A stretch of DNA of 37,921 nt, from positions 1 to 37,921 of the forward strand of contig NIVC01000115.1 of NCBI GenBank assembly GCA_002269645.1, read 5' to 3'. Origin of the DNA: Macrostomum lignano. Taxonomy: Eukaryota. The notes under the pieces are model-generated. The model had not been told where the DNA came from and made no database searches. It was given only the letters and a program-made list of their open reading frames with translations. This document shows, one piece after another, positions 19,975 to 31,474 of this stretch (positions within the stretch are counted from its first letter, which is position 1; every line of letters starts with the position of its first letter). Made by a program: the position numbers and the translations under genes.

Positions 19975-20133
19975 AAAACTGTTCTTTCGATACATATCGG
20001 AAAGTGTGGGAAATTCTTAAAAACTGCTCTTTCGACACATATCGGAAAGTGTGGAAAGTCTTGAAAACTGCTTTTTCGATACATATTGGAAAGTGTGGGA
20101 AATTCTTGAAAACTGCTGTTTCGATACATATCG
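19975..20133. repeat. 45-bp tandem repeat containing the dyad CGATACATATCG, ~3.5 copies
   Basis: TTTCGATACATATCGGAAAGTGTGGGAAATTCTTAAAAACTGCTC units. Confidence 0.85.
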
Positions 20134-20152
20134 GTAGCAAAAATGAACTTAC

Positions 20153-20594
20153 ATCTTCTGGCCTAGGCAAATCGATAGACGAATTAGCGGCAGACAGAGT
20201 CAGCGAGCACGGCGGGTCCGAGTCTAAACTCTCCACAGTCTGACCATTGTGAGTACCGACTGTGCGCACGGTCAGGAAGGCGGTGTGAGGTGGCAGGGAG
20301 TTCTGGGCGAGCAGGCAGTGATCTGAGTACGCGTCCAAGCACTCCGTGACCCGGTGCCTGCCGTCAGCGTACACTGCGTAGCCGGTGACCCGAACACCGT
20401 TGGACACGCCGTCGGAGTTGGCAACGGTGACCGGTAGCCAGGTGACTAGCAGGGAATGGTCCTGAGGCCGGGTCGATTTGAACGTCCAGAGGAGCGTCGG
20501 GCAGGCCGCCGGGCGTGGTTCGAAACTCCAAGGTGGCGGTGAGGAGAGGCACGGAGGTGCCCGTAGTTTTCGGAGGCCTGGCCCGCACGCACAC
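20153..20594 (-). CDS. RIMBP2: RIM-BP exon: end of FN3-2 and FN3-3, with an apparent frameshift near 20465
   Basis: VCVRARP..PDAPLDVQIDP in one frame, then PQDHSLLVTWLPV..VTGYAVYADG..ESLDS in another. Length 442 nt between phase-0 splice sites. Confidence 0.85.
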
Positions 20595-20887
20595 CTGTCA
20601 GAGAGAGAGAGAGAGAGAGAGCGCCTTTGTCGAGTCGTACATTTTAAGTTGCACCTTTTGACAAAAAACGCCTGTAAACTACTTATAGTAGAGTGCATTT
20701 GAACAAAATTACATGTACGTAAATGAGTATAGGGATATTTCAAAATGGTCATATGATGTATGAGATGATGTCTGACACTGCCAATCAGATAAGATGTCAG
20801 GAAGGATGTCAGGATGTTAGATGAGATTGGGTAGAGTCAGGGGAGGTGAAAAAATACAAAGCATATTCATCATTAGAAGCCGCAAAC

Positions 20888-21046
20888 CTTGTAAAGAGTG
20901 TCGGCAGTGAGACCGCTAATGAGCAGCTTGTAGTTGCCAGGCGGGCACTGTTTGTACTCTTTGCCGTTGACCGTCACCACGTGTTGAAGGCTGGAAGCAG
21001 CCGGCAAGAACATGAGCACCGCTGAGCCTGGGGTTACGTTTGATAC
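20888..21046 (-). CDS. RIMBP2: RIM-BP exon: FN3-2
   Basis: CTCCAG|GTA to AAG|GTTTGC, 159 nt. VSNVTPGSAVLMFLP..HVVTVNGKEY..ISGLTADTLYK. Confidence 0.88.
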
Positions 21047-21152
21047 CTGGAGTTTTGTTAAAAATAACAGTGATATTATTAGTTTATAAAAGTTTGTCAT
21101 GGATGAGTGTTAATAAAAGGTTGTCAAGTTCTGTGATCATGGTCTGGTCATG

Positions 21153-21815
21153 GTCTCCAAGGGCTGACGGGGCTGTCAGTCTCCAAGGGCTAACGGGGCT
21201 GTCAGTCTCCAAGGGTTGTCAGTCTCCAAGGGCTGTCAGTCTCCAAGGGCTGTCAGAGTCTCCAAGGGCTGTCAGAGTCTCCAAGGGCTGTCAGAGTCTC
21301 CAAGGGCTGCCAGAGTCTCCAAGGGCTGTCAGAGTCTCCAAGGGCTGCCAGAGTCTCCAAGGGCTGCCAGAGTCTCCAAGGGCTGCAGAGTCTCCAAGGG
21401 CTGCCAGAGTCTCCAAGGGCTGTCAGTCTCCAAGGCTGTCAGTGTCTCCAAGGCTGCTGTCAGTGTCTCCAAGGGCTGCCAGAGTCTCCAAGGGCTGTCA
21501 GTCTCCCAAGGCTGACTGTCAGAGTCTCCCAAGGCTGACGGGCTGTCAGAGTCTCCCAAGGCTGACGGGCTGCCAGAGTCTCCCAAGGCTGACGGGCTGT
21601 CAGAGTCTCCCAAGGCTGACGGGCTGTCAGAGTCTCCCAAGGCTGACGGGCTGTCAGAGTCTCCCAAGGCTGACGGGCTGTCAGAGTCTCCCAAGGCTGA
21701 CGGGCTGTCAGAGTCTCCCAAGGCTGACGGGCTGTCAGAGTCTCCCAAGGCTGACGGGCTGTCAGAGTCTCCCAAGGCTGACGGGGCTGCCAGAGTCTCC
21801 AAGGGCTGTCAGTCA
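21153..21815. repeat. Intronic minisatellite (GTCTCCAAGGGCT core; 27-bp GTCAGAGTCTCCCAAGGCTGACGGGCT units in the distal half)
   Basis: Directly visible. Confidence 0.92.
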
Positions 21816-22030
21816 CCAAGGGGTGTCGGGGTTCCCAAAAAGGTCTGCAGATGTGTGATGGGATCTGTAACAACAGACACGCTATCTCTAGACGAGACGA
21901 ATAGGGATACTTTAAGGTCACTAAAGCCTCGAATGATGATTTCGTAGAATTTTCAAATGTTGCTCTTTATTCTCTATAATTTTTCGATCTAAGCTTTGTA
22001 TATTGGTCATAAAACTTTAAAAAGTCCAAC

Positions 22031-22499
22031 CTGTAGATAAGTAGGCGCTAGGTGCGAGTCGCGATCCTTGCCAGTCAGCAATGTACAGGCCGGGTCTTTG
22101 GATGTCAGACCCCTGGTAGTACTGATCGCACACAGATCCTGTGCCTCTCCTTCGGATTAATACCCTCAATAAGTGCTTTAGTCTTCTCGCCGGCACTAAC
22201 CGAGCACTTGAATTTGCCATCAACGTAGACGTGATAAGCAGATAGAGGGTCGTGCATCAGCACGCTAGTCGGATCGTGAGCCGGGGGTCGCCAGCCAATC
22301 ACAATCGAGCTAGCCAGTTGTCTTTCTAAAGCTAGAAATCTAGGCGGAGAAACAGTATCATCCGAGAGACCCTCGGCTCGAATGATTTCCTCTTCGTAGG
22401 AGTAGGTTCCGCCCGTAGACAGCTGCTCAGCGGCTGGATAGGCCGAGGAGACCGGGTCGTAGCCGGAGAATCCAGTCTCAAATGCGGCAACATCGTCGT
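22031..22499 (-). CDS. RIMBP2: RIM-BP exon: linker and FN3-1, with an apparent 1-nt deletion near 22119
   Basis: SPPRFLALERQLASSIVIGW..KTKALIEG..HRICVRSV, then TRGLTSKDPACTLLTGKD..LAPTYLQ in a shifted frame. Length 469 nt, one short of the required phase. Confidence 0.85.
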
Positions 22500-22559
22500 C
22501 TTGAGGAGGAGTGGTTGTTTTAGTGCGCGAATTTAAGAACTAAAAAAGCCAATAAAATG

Positions 22560-23260
22560 GAGATTGGGGAGATACAGGGAATTGGGTGGGTGTGTGCAGA
22601 AGGGCAAGGAATGGAGACGAAAATGAGGGGGAGACAGGGAATGGGGTGGGTGCGCGCATAGAGTGGCAAGAAATGGAGATGAAAATGAGGGGGTGGGGAG
22701 ACAGGGAATGGGGTGGGTGCGCGCATAGAGTGGCAAGGAATGGCGACGAAAATAATGGGGTGGGGGAGACAGGGAATGGGGTGGGTGCGCGCATAGAGTG
22801 GCAAGGAATGGCGACGAAAATAAGGGGGTGGGGAGACAGGGAATGGGGTGGGTGCGCGCATAGAGTGGCAAGGAATGGCGACGAAAAAAGGGGGTAACAG
22901 GGAATAGGGTTGGTGCACGCATAGAGTGGTAAAGAATGGAGACGAAAATAAGGGAGACAGGGAATGGGGCTGGTGCGCGCATAGTGGCAAGGAATGGCGA
23001 CGAAAATAATAGGGTGGGGGAGACAGGGAATGGTGTGGGTGCGCGCAAAGAGTGGCAAGGAATGGCGACGAAAATAATGGGGTGGGGGAGACAGGGAATG
23101 GGGTTGGTGCGCGCATAGAGTGGTAAAGAATGGAGACGAAAATAAGGGGGTCGGGGAGACAGGAAAGGGGGTGGGTGCGCGCATAGAGTGGCAAGAATTG
23201 GAAGCGAAATTGGGGTGGTAGGGAGACAGAGAGTGGGTGGATGCACGTATAGAGTGGTAA
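22560..23260. repeat. ~63-66-bp G-rich intronic minisatellite, ~11 copies
   Basis: GGGAGACAGGGAATGGGGTGGGTGCGCGCATAGAGTGGCAAGGAATGGCGACGAAAATAA units. Confidence 0.92.
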
Positions 23261-23555
23261 GGAATATAACAAGGACGACTTACGTAGAAGGAAGGGAAAC
23301 CTTGTTTCTTGGAAAATTTTAGAAGGCAGGTTTTCCCGAAAAAATACACTACGGAGATAGGAAGTTTGCATTTTTTCAGCACAAAAATTGTTATTGCTAT
23401 TGATAGGAGGCAGATCCAGTGTTCATCTTTTGATATGTTGTGCCTTTCTTAGTGCTCTATCGATACTCATAGAGCTTTTCGTTCAGAAAATTAGGATTCT
23501 ATGTTAATTTTTTATTCTACGTACATTTCCTGTACCTAAAAATCATAAAAATGCA

Positions 23556-23675
23556 TGACACAACTCGAATCTTTGGTTTTATGAATCTATTTTATCATCT
23601 GTTACAAATATTTGTTACAAAGTCAGCTGAGAATGATAAAATAGACTCATAAAACCAAAGAGCCGAGCTGTGCCA
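23556..23675. repeat. ~120-bp imperfect palindrome or hairpin
   Basis: TCTTTGGTTTTATGAATCTATTTTATCAT pairs with ATGATAAAATAGACTCATAAAACCAAAGA; the centre ACAAATATTTGT is a perfect palindrome. Confidence 0.85.
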
Positions 23676-24681
23676 TTTCAATGGCTTTTAGGCACAAGAC
23701 ACGTGCAAATTAAATTTTTTTACATTTTACATTTTTTACATTTTTACATGTGTAGTGGCGGGCAGTCCAGCTAGGCTGATGGAGGGTATAAACAAGAGAT
23801 AAAACAGAGGAAAGCACTAAAATCAATATTATTTACTCGTATAAAAGCGTTTATCTGATCGTGTTTAGTTTTGAGCAATTAAACTTGCAAAACAGTTAAA
23901 TTAAACCTAGAAATCAAACGTCTAGCATAGCATAAGATGACCTTATCAAGTGTTTAAAGCTGCAATAATATTCCGATTTTACTACTAATGCAGGCTAAGT
24001 AGCCACCTGAGGCATTCCGCTGCTACTTTCTATAAAAAAATTCATATTGACGACGAGAAAAAACTAGGGCCCCTTGGTTCTCCAGTAAGCTGAATAAACA
24101 AAAAATGATAAATATATTTGCATAACTGCTGTAGCAAAAATGCTGATTGGAAAAGCGTAATAAAAAACTAACAAGGTAATAAGTAGCTCATACTTGAAAT
24201 AAACTAAATTATTATTGTCTATAATGCTTACTAGAAAATCGCCTTCCACGGCTTCCGGTGTCTAAATATTCAACAAGAGAGACAAAATTATGACAGAGGA
24301 GAACAATTACCTGATGACAATAGCTAACCCAGTGCTCAATATGAACAGAGTAAAACAAATCAGTCATCCAGTGCTAGAATTAATTATTAATCCCCTAAAC
24401 TCCCCAATTCGGTATCGAATCTGTGCGTCACCATTGACAGGTTTTGCTTGTCAAATGAATTAGGAAAATTAAATTACAGCCCCCGTCCAGCTTATTCAAT
24501 CAAATATCAATAACTGCAACTGGATTGGGAAATCTAGAAATTGAAGATGAATAGAATAAATTAAATTATAAATACATGGCTTGATAGTGTATAAAGCTAG
24601 TAAATGAGTCCTAGCGATAAGAGCACAATGCGCTAGTATGGGTATTTATATACACAACTGTTATTGAATAATTCGACTCAC

Positions 24682-24757
24682 TAGGCAGTGGTTCGACGTA
24701 GTTGGAGGGCACATAGCCTCTCTTGCCGTCCATCATCTCGCCATAGTAATAGCCATC
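24682..24757 (-). CDS. RIMBP2: RIM-BP exon: second half of SH3-1
   Basis: GGCAG|GAT to A|GTGAGT. DGYYYGEMMDGKRGYVPSNYVEPLP. Confidence 0.9.
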
Positions 24758-24894
24758 CTGCCGTGTAAATAGAAAGAGATTATATTTATAAGCATGATTT
24801 TAGAGGTGTGCTAACATTCGTTCCATTTGGATTTGGGGAGCTTATGTAAGCGTTTGGTTGATTTTAGGATAAACATATGAGATCATTTAAGTCC

Positions 24895-25775
24895 TAATTA
24901 CCTCTGGGATCTGGGACTAATTGAGTCTTAATTACCTCTGGGATCTGGGACTATTTGAGTCTTAAGTACCTCTGGGATCTGGGACTTTTGAACTCTTAAT
25001 TACCTCTGGGATCTGGGACTATTTGAGTCTTAAGTACCTCTGGGATCTGGGACTATTTGAGTCTTAAGTACCTCTGGGATCTGGGACTATTTGAGTCTTA
25101 AGTACCTCTGGGATCTGGGACTATTTGAGTCTTAAGTACCTCTGGGATCTGGAACTTTTTGAATCTTAATTACCTCTGGGATCTGGGACTATTTAAGTCT
25201 TGAGTACCTCTGGGATCTGGGACGATTTGAGTCTTAAGTACCTCTGGGATCTGGAATTTGAATCTTAATTACCTCTGGGATCTGGGACTATTTGAGTCTT
25301 AAGTACCTCTGGGATATGGAACTTTTTGAATCTTAATTACCTCTGGGATCTGGGACTATTTGAGTCTTGAGTACCTCTGGGATCTGGGACGATTTGAGTC
25401 TTAAGTACCTCTGGGATCTGAGTCTTGACTCTTTGAGTCTTAAGTACCTCTGGGATCTGGGACTATTTGAGTCTTAATTACCTCTGGGATATGGGACTCT
25501 TTGGGACGTCTTAGTACCTCTGGGATCTGGACTATTTGAGTCTTAAATACCTCTGGGATCTAGAGACTATTTGAGTCTTAATTACCTCTGGGATCTGAGA
25601 CTATTTGAGTCTTAATACCTCTGGGATCTGAGACTATTTGAGTCTTAATTACCTCTGGGATCTGGGACTATTGAGTCTTAATTACCTCTGGGATCTGAGA
25701 CTCTGGGATTTAGAGTCTTAATTACCTCTGGGATCTGAGACTATTTGAGTCTTAATTACCTCTGGGATCTGATAT
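24895..25775. repeat. 34-bp intronic minisatellite (TTAAGTACCTCTGGGATCTGGGACTATTTGAGTC), ~25 copies
   Basis: Directly visible. Confidence 0.95.
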
Positions 25776-26455
25776 GATGAAATCTTAAATGCTTTTAAAA
25801 TCTTAAATAAGTCGTTTGCAGTTTGTCAACTTTGGGATCTGTTAAATAGGATTTTAAACAGCTGACGTCATCCAGCCCATCCCTTATCAATAAATTTTAA
25901 ATTTGTTGGAAGGTTGCAATATTTCAACAAAAAAGAGAAAAACTTTGCGTAAAAAATTCCGATAGCAAAGAGAACAAAACCAAAAGCAGTTTTAATGCGT
26001 TACAAAATTAGCTTCTTTTAGCTTGGCAACAAAATTTAACGACAACATCTAACGCCAAAATTCACTGCAAATTGCCCAGTTATAAATTTTTTCAAAACCT
26101 TGTTATACAAAGCAAACTAAGAATAGAAATCTTGTTTGGTTTTTTACGGAGCGCTAAATTTTTAAGGATAAAAACTAGAAACTTTTTTCTCGATACTACT
26201 GCCGAACGATGACGTCATAGTAGCTAGCAGTTACGCATATTTCGCTAATTTTTACAATGTCAACTAAACTCTACGTCTAGGTCAATTTATACTACTCACA
26301 CACTGTGTGTTTTCGGTAGTAGTTACGTGTGTTTTTTTTCAAGATTTCTTATCTACTAATGCAATAAAAATAACCAACACACACCTCGAAATAGTTGCTA
26401 AATACCAAAAGGTAGCAATAAAAACTACGAAAAGGTTAAATAGAGTCTTGTCAAC

Positions 26456-26590
26456 CTGATCGCAGTCCCCGTGCACAAGGACATAGTCGCCCACGGAGAG
26501 CGTCAGCTCATCCTCGGGTCGGTCGTTAGGAGAGCAAGAGTACGGATCGTAGCTGTACTTGGCCACGAATGCCCGTTTACCTGGATCCGA
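26456..26590 (-). CDS. RIMBP2: RIM-BP exon: first half of SH3-1
   Basis: ACTCAG|TCG to CAG|GTTGAC, 135 nt. SDPGKRAFVAKYSYDPYSCSPNDRPEDELTLSVGDYVLVHGDCDQ. The 5' boundary is less certain (weak pyrimidine tract). Confidence 0.85.
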
Positions 26591-26924
26591 CTGAGTTCGT
26601 TTTTTGGTCCGCAGAAATTGCGTTTTAGTTTTAGTTTAGTTTGATTGAAACAGTACAAGTGGTTTGTAATAATTATGATACCATTTTAAGGATAGTAAGT
26701 AGTCATCTGGTACATTGAAAATAATTTTATCAAAGCTAATAGTACAAGCTATATTAAATAAACGCTGCACAGAATTTACAGCAAGAAATATAATTATTTG
26801 GTTACAGAGACAATCAAGGTATAATAGATATAAGAAATAATAAAAATGCGCACATGCACTCTCACACGAAAAAAGTAGGAAAACACGAGAGAATAGATAC
26901 AAGAAGGAAGAAAGACTAGACACC

Positions 26925-27835
26925 TAGACACTGTGAGGGAGATAGAGAGGAGAGAGACTAGACACTGTGAGGGAGATAGAGAGGAGAGAGACTAGACACT
27001 GTGAGGGAGATAGAGAGGAGAGAGACTAGACACTGAGGGAGATAGAGAGGAGAGACTAGACACTGTGAGGGAGATAGAGAGGAGAGAGACTAGACACTGT
27101 GAGGGAGATAGAGGGGAGAGAGACTAGACACTTTGAGGGGGAGAGAGGAGAGACTAGACACTGTGAGGGAGGAGAGAGGAGAGACTAGACACTGTGAGGG
27201 AGAAGAGAGGAGAGACTAGACACTGTGAGGGGGGAGAAAGAAGAGACTAGACACTGTGAAAGAGATAGAGAGAAGAGATACTAGACACTGTGAGGGGAGA
27301 GGGAGAGAGACTAGACACTGTTGAGGGGAGAGAGGAGAGAGAGACTAGACACTGTGAGGGGGAGAGGAGAGAGACACTGTGAGGGGAGAGAGAGGAGAGA
27401 GAGATTAGACACTGTGAGGGGGGAGAGGAGAGAGACTAGACACTTTGAGGGGGGAGAGGAGAGAGAGACTAGACACTGTGAGGGGGAGAGGAGAGAGACA
27501 CTGTGAGGGGAGAGAGAGAGAGAGAGATTAGACACTGTGAGGGGGGAGAGGAGAGAGACTAGACACTGTGAGGAGGGGAGAGGAGAGAGACACTGTGAGG
27601 GGGAGAGGAGAGAGAGAGACACTGTGAGGGGGGAGAGGAGAGAGACAGACTGTGAGGGGGGAGAGGAGAGAGACTAGACACTGTGAGGGGAGAGAGGAGA
27701 GAGTTTAGACACTGTGAGGGGGGAGAGGAGAGAGACTAGACACTGTGAGGGGAGAGAGGAGAGAGACTAGACACTGTGAGGGGAGAGAGGAGAGAGACTA
27801 GACACTGTGAGGGGAGAGAGGAGAGAGACTAGATA
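26925..27835. repeat. ~30-bp purine-rich minisatellite (AGACTAGACACTGTGAGGGGGAGAGGAGAG)
   Basis: Directly visible. Confidence 0.93.
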
Positions 27836-28861
27836 CAGACAGACTAAGACTCCAGTAGAGTAAGGTAATGAAAGTATACAGGACGCAAGAGATGCAAGCA
27901 GATGCGAGAGCTATGGAGGGGAAATGCAATCCGTAATCCTAATTATCCAGTGTCTCACCAGCCTATTAACACAGCGCTCCAGGCAAGCTGATAGTCATTC
28001 CCAGACTCCTGAGTTGATAAACTCATCCGGAAGCCTCTGGCTACGGGTAGAGGCACTTTTTTCATACAATCGTCTATCCAATAACCCAACCAACTGCGAG
28101 AGATTAAGATTTCCCACCGCTACTCAGCCTGAGAAGTGCTCATTCTAGTGAGCACACTCGAACAAATGGAACTAGCCTATATACATATATGGGAATAGAA
28201 TTACTTGGGCACAGCGAGTAACCTCTTAAAGAGAAAAAAAACAAGACAGAGTTTTTATTGCTAGAAATCTCTCTCTCTCTCTCTCTCTCTCTGGCCCAAG
28301 CTTTGATTGACTGCCAACCCTCCCCACAACCCCCTACCAAACTCTCGCATGAGCTCGCTTCTGTCGGGCATTGCTCAACAAGGGGCTTTATATATCAACA
28401 GGATATCTGGGCAACCCCCGTCCCACTCTCTTCTCCCTTCTCATCCGCCTAGAGCCCTCCCGCACACTACTGCTCTAATCTCTAAATCCAGATTGCTCCT
28501 CCAACGATTGCTTCTCCTAAGCTTATCCCTGATCCTTATTCTCTCCCACCCACCCCGCTGTGCCCGCCTAAACAGGCATCTGCCAGCACTGCGGAATAGC
28601 AGAGGGACACAGGGCCTTCGTCTCAGCCAATTATCTATAACTCAGAGGGGGCGAGGAGGCGAAAGCCAGAATGAAAACTGTGCATGATTTGGAGGATTAG
28701 CTTGGGATGAAGGAAGCTGGAGAGGAACAGGCTGCGATTCTGGGTGGCCGCAGCACGCAAAGATGAAGGGGAAGGCAGAGTGGAAGGGAAAGCGTTCTGT
28801 GCCAGCTCGTATATAATATTTATAGATAATAAAGTCATCGGTAGAGCAAAGCTGCTTAAAT

Positions 28862-28871
28862 AGATAAATAA

Positions 28872-28908
<37 letters not shown>

Positions 28909-29077
28909 CTGACAGATAGATAGATGGATAGATGATAGGTAGATAGATGGATAGATAGATAGACTGACAGATAGATAGATAGATAGACTGACAGATAGAT
29001 AGATGGATAGATAGATAGACTGACAGATAGATAGATAGATAGACTGACAGATAGATAGATGGATAGATGATAGATAG
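28862..29077. repeat. (GATA)n/(GACA) microsatellite
   Basis: Directly visible. Confidence 0.93.
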
Positions 29078-29370
29078 CAGAAAATGCCTAGGCACTCTGA
29101 TCTGAGTAACCAATACCCAGACTAAGAGCAGAGCTAATTGAGCTGATCGCATTAGTGGACACAATTAATAGAAAAAATACAACACGGAACAAACTAAATA
29201 CATTCAGTCTCATAAAGCTTAAATTGACCCACCACAGCAAGTACTGTAATAACTAATGCTAAATGCTAAGACTAAAGAACAGAGCGAGTTACCAATTGCT
29301 ACACACAGAAGAAAAACAAATAAAATCAATTAATAAGTAAACGCTAATTTTATGTATCCCATCGACTCAC

Positions 29371-29618
29371 CTTGGGATAACTTTGCAAAGCCGCTTGCGA
29401 TAAAGAATAGTGAGCACTGTTGCTATGCTGCATGGAGTGATGAGGCTGAGCCCGGGAGGCTGTCGGCCCACCGTATCCCATCGAAGAATGATGTTGAACG
29501 GGCGGCGGAGGCTGGGGCGCCGAATGCAACTGAGGCGAAGTTCTTCTGTGATGGTAATCGGCGCCACCACCACCGGAATGATGGCCGGGATTATGGGTTG
29601 AGCTTGGGAAATAATCCT
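29371..29618 (-). CDS. RIMBP2: RIM-BP exon: H/S/P-rich linker before SH3-1
   Basis: TTTCCGCAG|AG (phase 1) to AAG|GTGAGT (phase 0); open 248-nt frame. Confidence 0.78.
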
Positions 29619-29647
29619 CTGCGGAAAGAGTTTTAAATTCAGGCGTG

Positions 29648-30030
29648 TGTACACTGTGTAGAGGTTGGTGGGGCGTGTGTGTACATTTGGTAGAGGTTGT
29701 AGAGGTTTGTGGGGCGTGTGTGTACATTTGGTAGAGGTTGGAGAGGTTGGTCGGGCGTGTGTGTACAATGTACCTTGGGGTAGAAGTTGTAGAGGTTGGT
29801 GGGGCGTGTGTGTACATTTGGTAGAGGTTGGAGAGGTTGGTCGGGCGTGTGTGTACAATGTACATTGGGGTAGAAGTTGTAGAGGTTGGTGGGGCGTGTG
29901 TGTACATTGGGCAGAGGTTACAGAGGTTGGTGGGGAGTGTGTGTACATTGGGCAGAGGTTACAGAGGTTGGTGGGGAGTGTATGTACATTGGGGTAGAAG
30001 TTGTAGGGTTTGGTAAGGCGTGGATGTACA
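29648..30030. repeat. ~41-bp intronic minisatellite (GTGTGTACATTGGGCAGAGGTTACAGAGGTTGGTGGGGAGT-like)
   Basis: Directly visible, with variant longer units. Confidence 0.9.
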
Positions 30031-30608
30031 TAGGGGGTAGAGGCTGTAGGGATTCGGCTGTCGGTAGCGCGTGTACATTAGTGTTGAGGGCTGGTAGGAA
30101 TATGCAGGTATGTACTTTAACAACCCCCAAACCCCTAGGATGTCATCAGAATAATCAGTGAAGTATAGATAAATTATTTAGGCTTTCTATTATAAAACTG
30201 GGTAACCAAATTTCTAAGTACAAGCCCAAAACCGATACAAGGACTCAATCAGTAATTAAAAGTTCAGGAAAAAATCCACCAAACTAGGGGAACTGAAAAC
30301 CGCGAACAAAAATCAACAAATGACCATTTTCCAGCTAAACACTTCACCTGAAAAAAACACGGGAAAGGGAAGGCGACAAACGGCACTATTGAAAAATCCT
30401 CACGCCACAAAACGATCCATCAACACAACAGGTCCACTGAAGATGAATAAAAACCGACGACACACCTGGACAAACACGAAAATCTGACAGACCGACAGAA
30501 AAGCAAGGCACGCCACTTAAAGTACACGAAGAAATAAATAACGAGTGATCCTCTCGACCAGGAAATTAAAATTTTACTGCCACCTTGTGCGGAGCAAAAT
30601 TTGTTTAC

Positions 30609-30765
30609 CAGAACGAAGCATCAAATCGGAAAACAGGTCGTCTACGAAAGAATAAGTGGCCCAGGGCAGGCCGCTGCCGCCGTTGCGTACGGGCGGCGGC
30701 TGCCCGGCGGGAACTGAGCCTGCGAGCAGGGGGTTGGGGACTGCGCTGTGCCTCCTGCGCTTCAT
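30609..30765 (-). CDS. Candidate alternative first coding exon of a short RIM-BP isoform (MKRRRHSAVPNP..FVDDLFSDLMLRS)
   Basis: ATG with an in-frame TGA 6 codons upstream, GC-rich open frame, donor TCTG|GTAAAC in phase 1 matching the acceptor at 29618. Confidence 0.45.
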
Positions 30766-30811
30766 TTTCTGGCTGTCATTGAGCTGTCATTCAGCCGATC
30801 TGTCTGACAGC

Positions 30812-31089
30812 TTGTCTGACCTGTCAGCCTGTGTGGTCTGTCTGTCTGTCAGCCTGTGTGGTCTGTCTGTCTGTCTGTCAGCCTGTGTGGTCTGTCTGTC
30901 TGTCAGCCTGTGTGATCTGTCTGTCTGTCAGCCTGTGTGGTCTGTCTGTCTGTCAGCCTGTGTGGTCTGTCTGTCTGTCAGCCTGTGTGGTCTGTCTGTC
31001 TGTCAGCCTGTGTGGTCTGTCTGTCTGTCAGCCTGTGTGGTCTGTCTGTCTGTCAGCCTGTGTGGTCTGTCTGTCTGTCAGCCTGTGTG

Positions 31090-31115
<26 letters not shown>
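30812..31115. repeat. 25-bp minisatellite (AGCCTGTGTGGTCTGTCTGTCTGTC)
   Basis: Directly visible. Confidence 0.93.
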
Positions 31116-31121
<6 letters not shown>

Positions 31122-31257
31122 TACTGACTTGGTGCAAAACTGTCCGAGAATTCCCGTTCAAGAAAGTCGCATCAATGCCAATATCGAACACACCAGACAC
31201 AGGGCAGTTGCAGAGCAACTGTGCGAATGAAAACTTCAGACCCAGCAAGCAGCTTAC

Positions 31258-31471
31258 GAGGCTGGAAGCCGTTAGAGCTGGCCATGTAGTCGGGCCCCAC
31301 AACTGTCGGTGTTGAGTTATGCTGCGGCGGCTGCTGCTGCATCGGCGCAACGCCGAGGCCTCGAAGTTCGTCATATTTCTGCTTTTTCTTGGCCGCCTCA
31401 AGCTCCAGCATCAGCTCCTCGTGGCGCAGCGACTGCAGCTCGGCGCGCTTCTCCAATTCGCGCAGTTGCGT
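31258..31471 (-). CDS. RIMBP2: RIM-BP exon: end of the N-terminal coiled coil
   Basis: CTCATCAG|ACG to C|GTAAGC. TQLRELEKRAELQSLRHEELMLELEAAK. Confidence 0.85.
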
Positions 31472-31474
31472 CTG

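Noticed and set aside
22100-22125. Programmed -1 ribosomal frameshift or micro-intron as the explanation of the FN3-1 frameshift
   Set aside because: No X XXY YYZ slippery heptamer. The 10-nt GT..AG is too short for an intron and would give the wrong frame.
25863-26217. Two CRE palindromes TGACGTCA in one intron
   Set aside because: A third copy lies in coding sequence (13819-13826); an 8-mer at this frequency is close to chance without conservation data.
27955-28105. Candidate extra RIM-BP exon with a good GTGAGA donor
   Set aside because: The only open frame ends in phase 2, which fits no downstream acceptor; the phase-0 frame has a stop.
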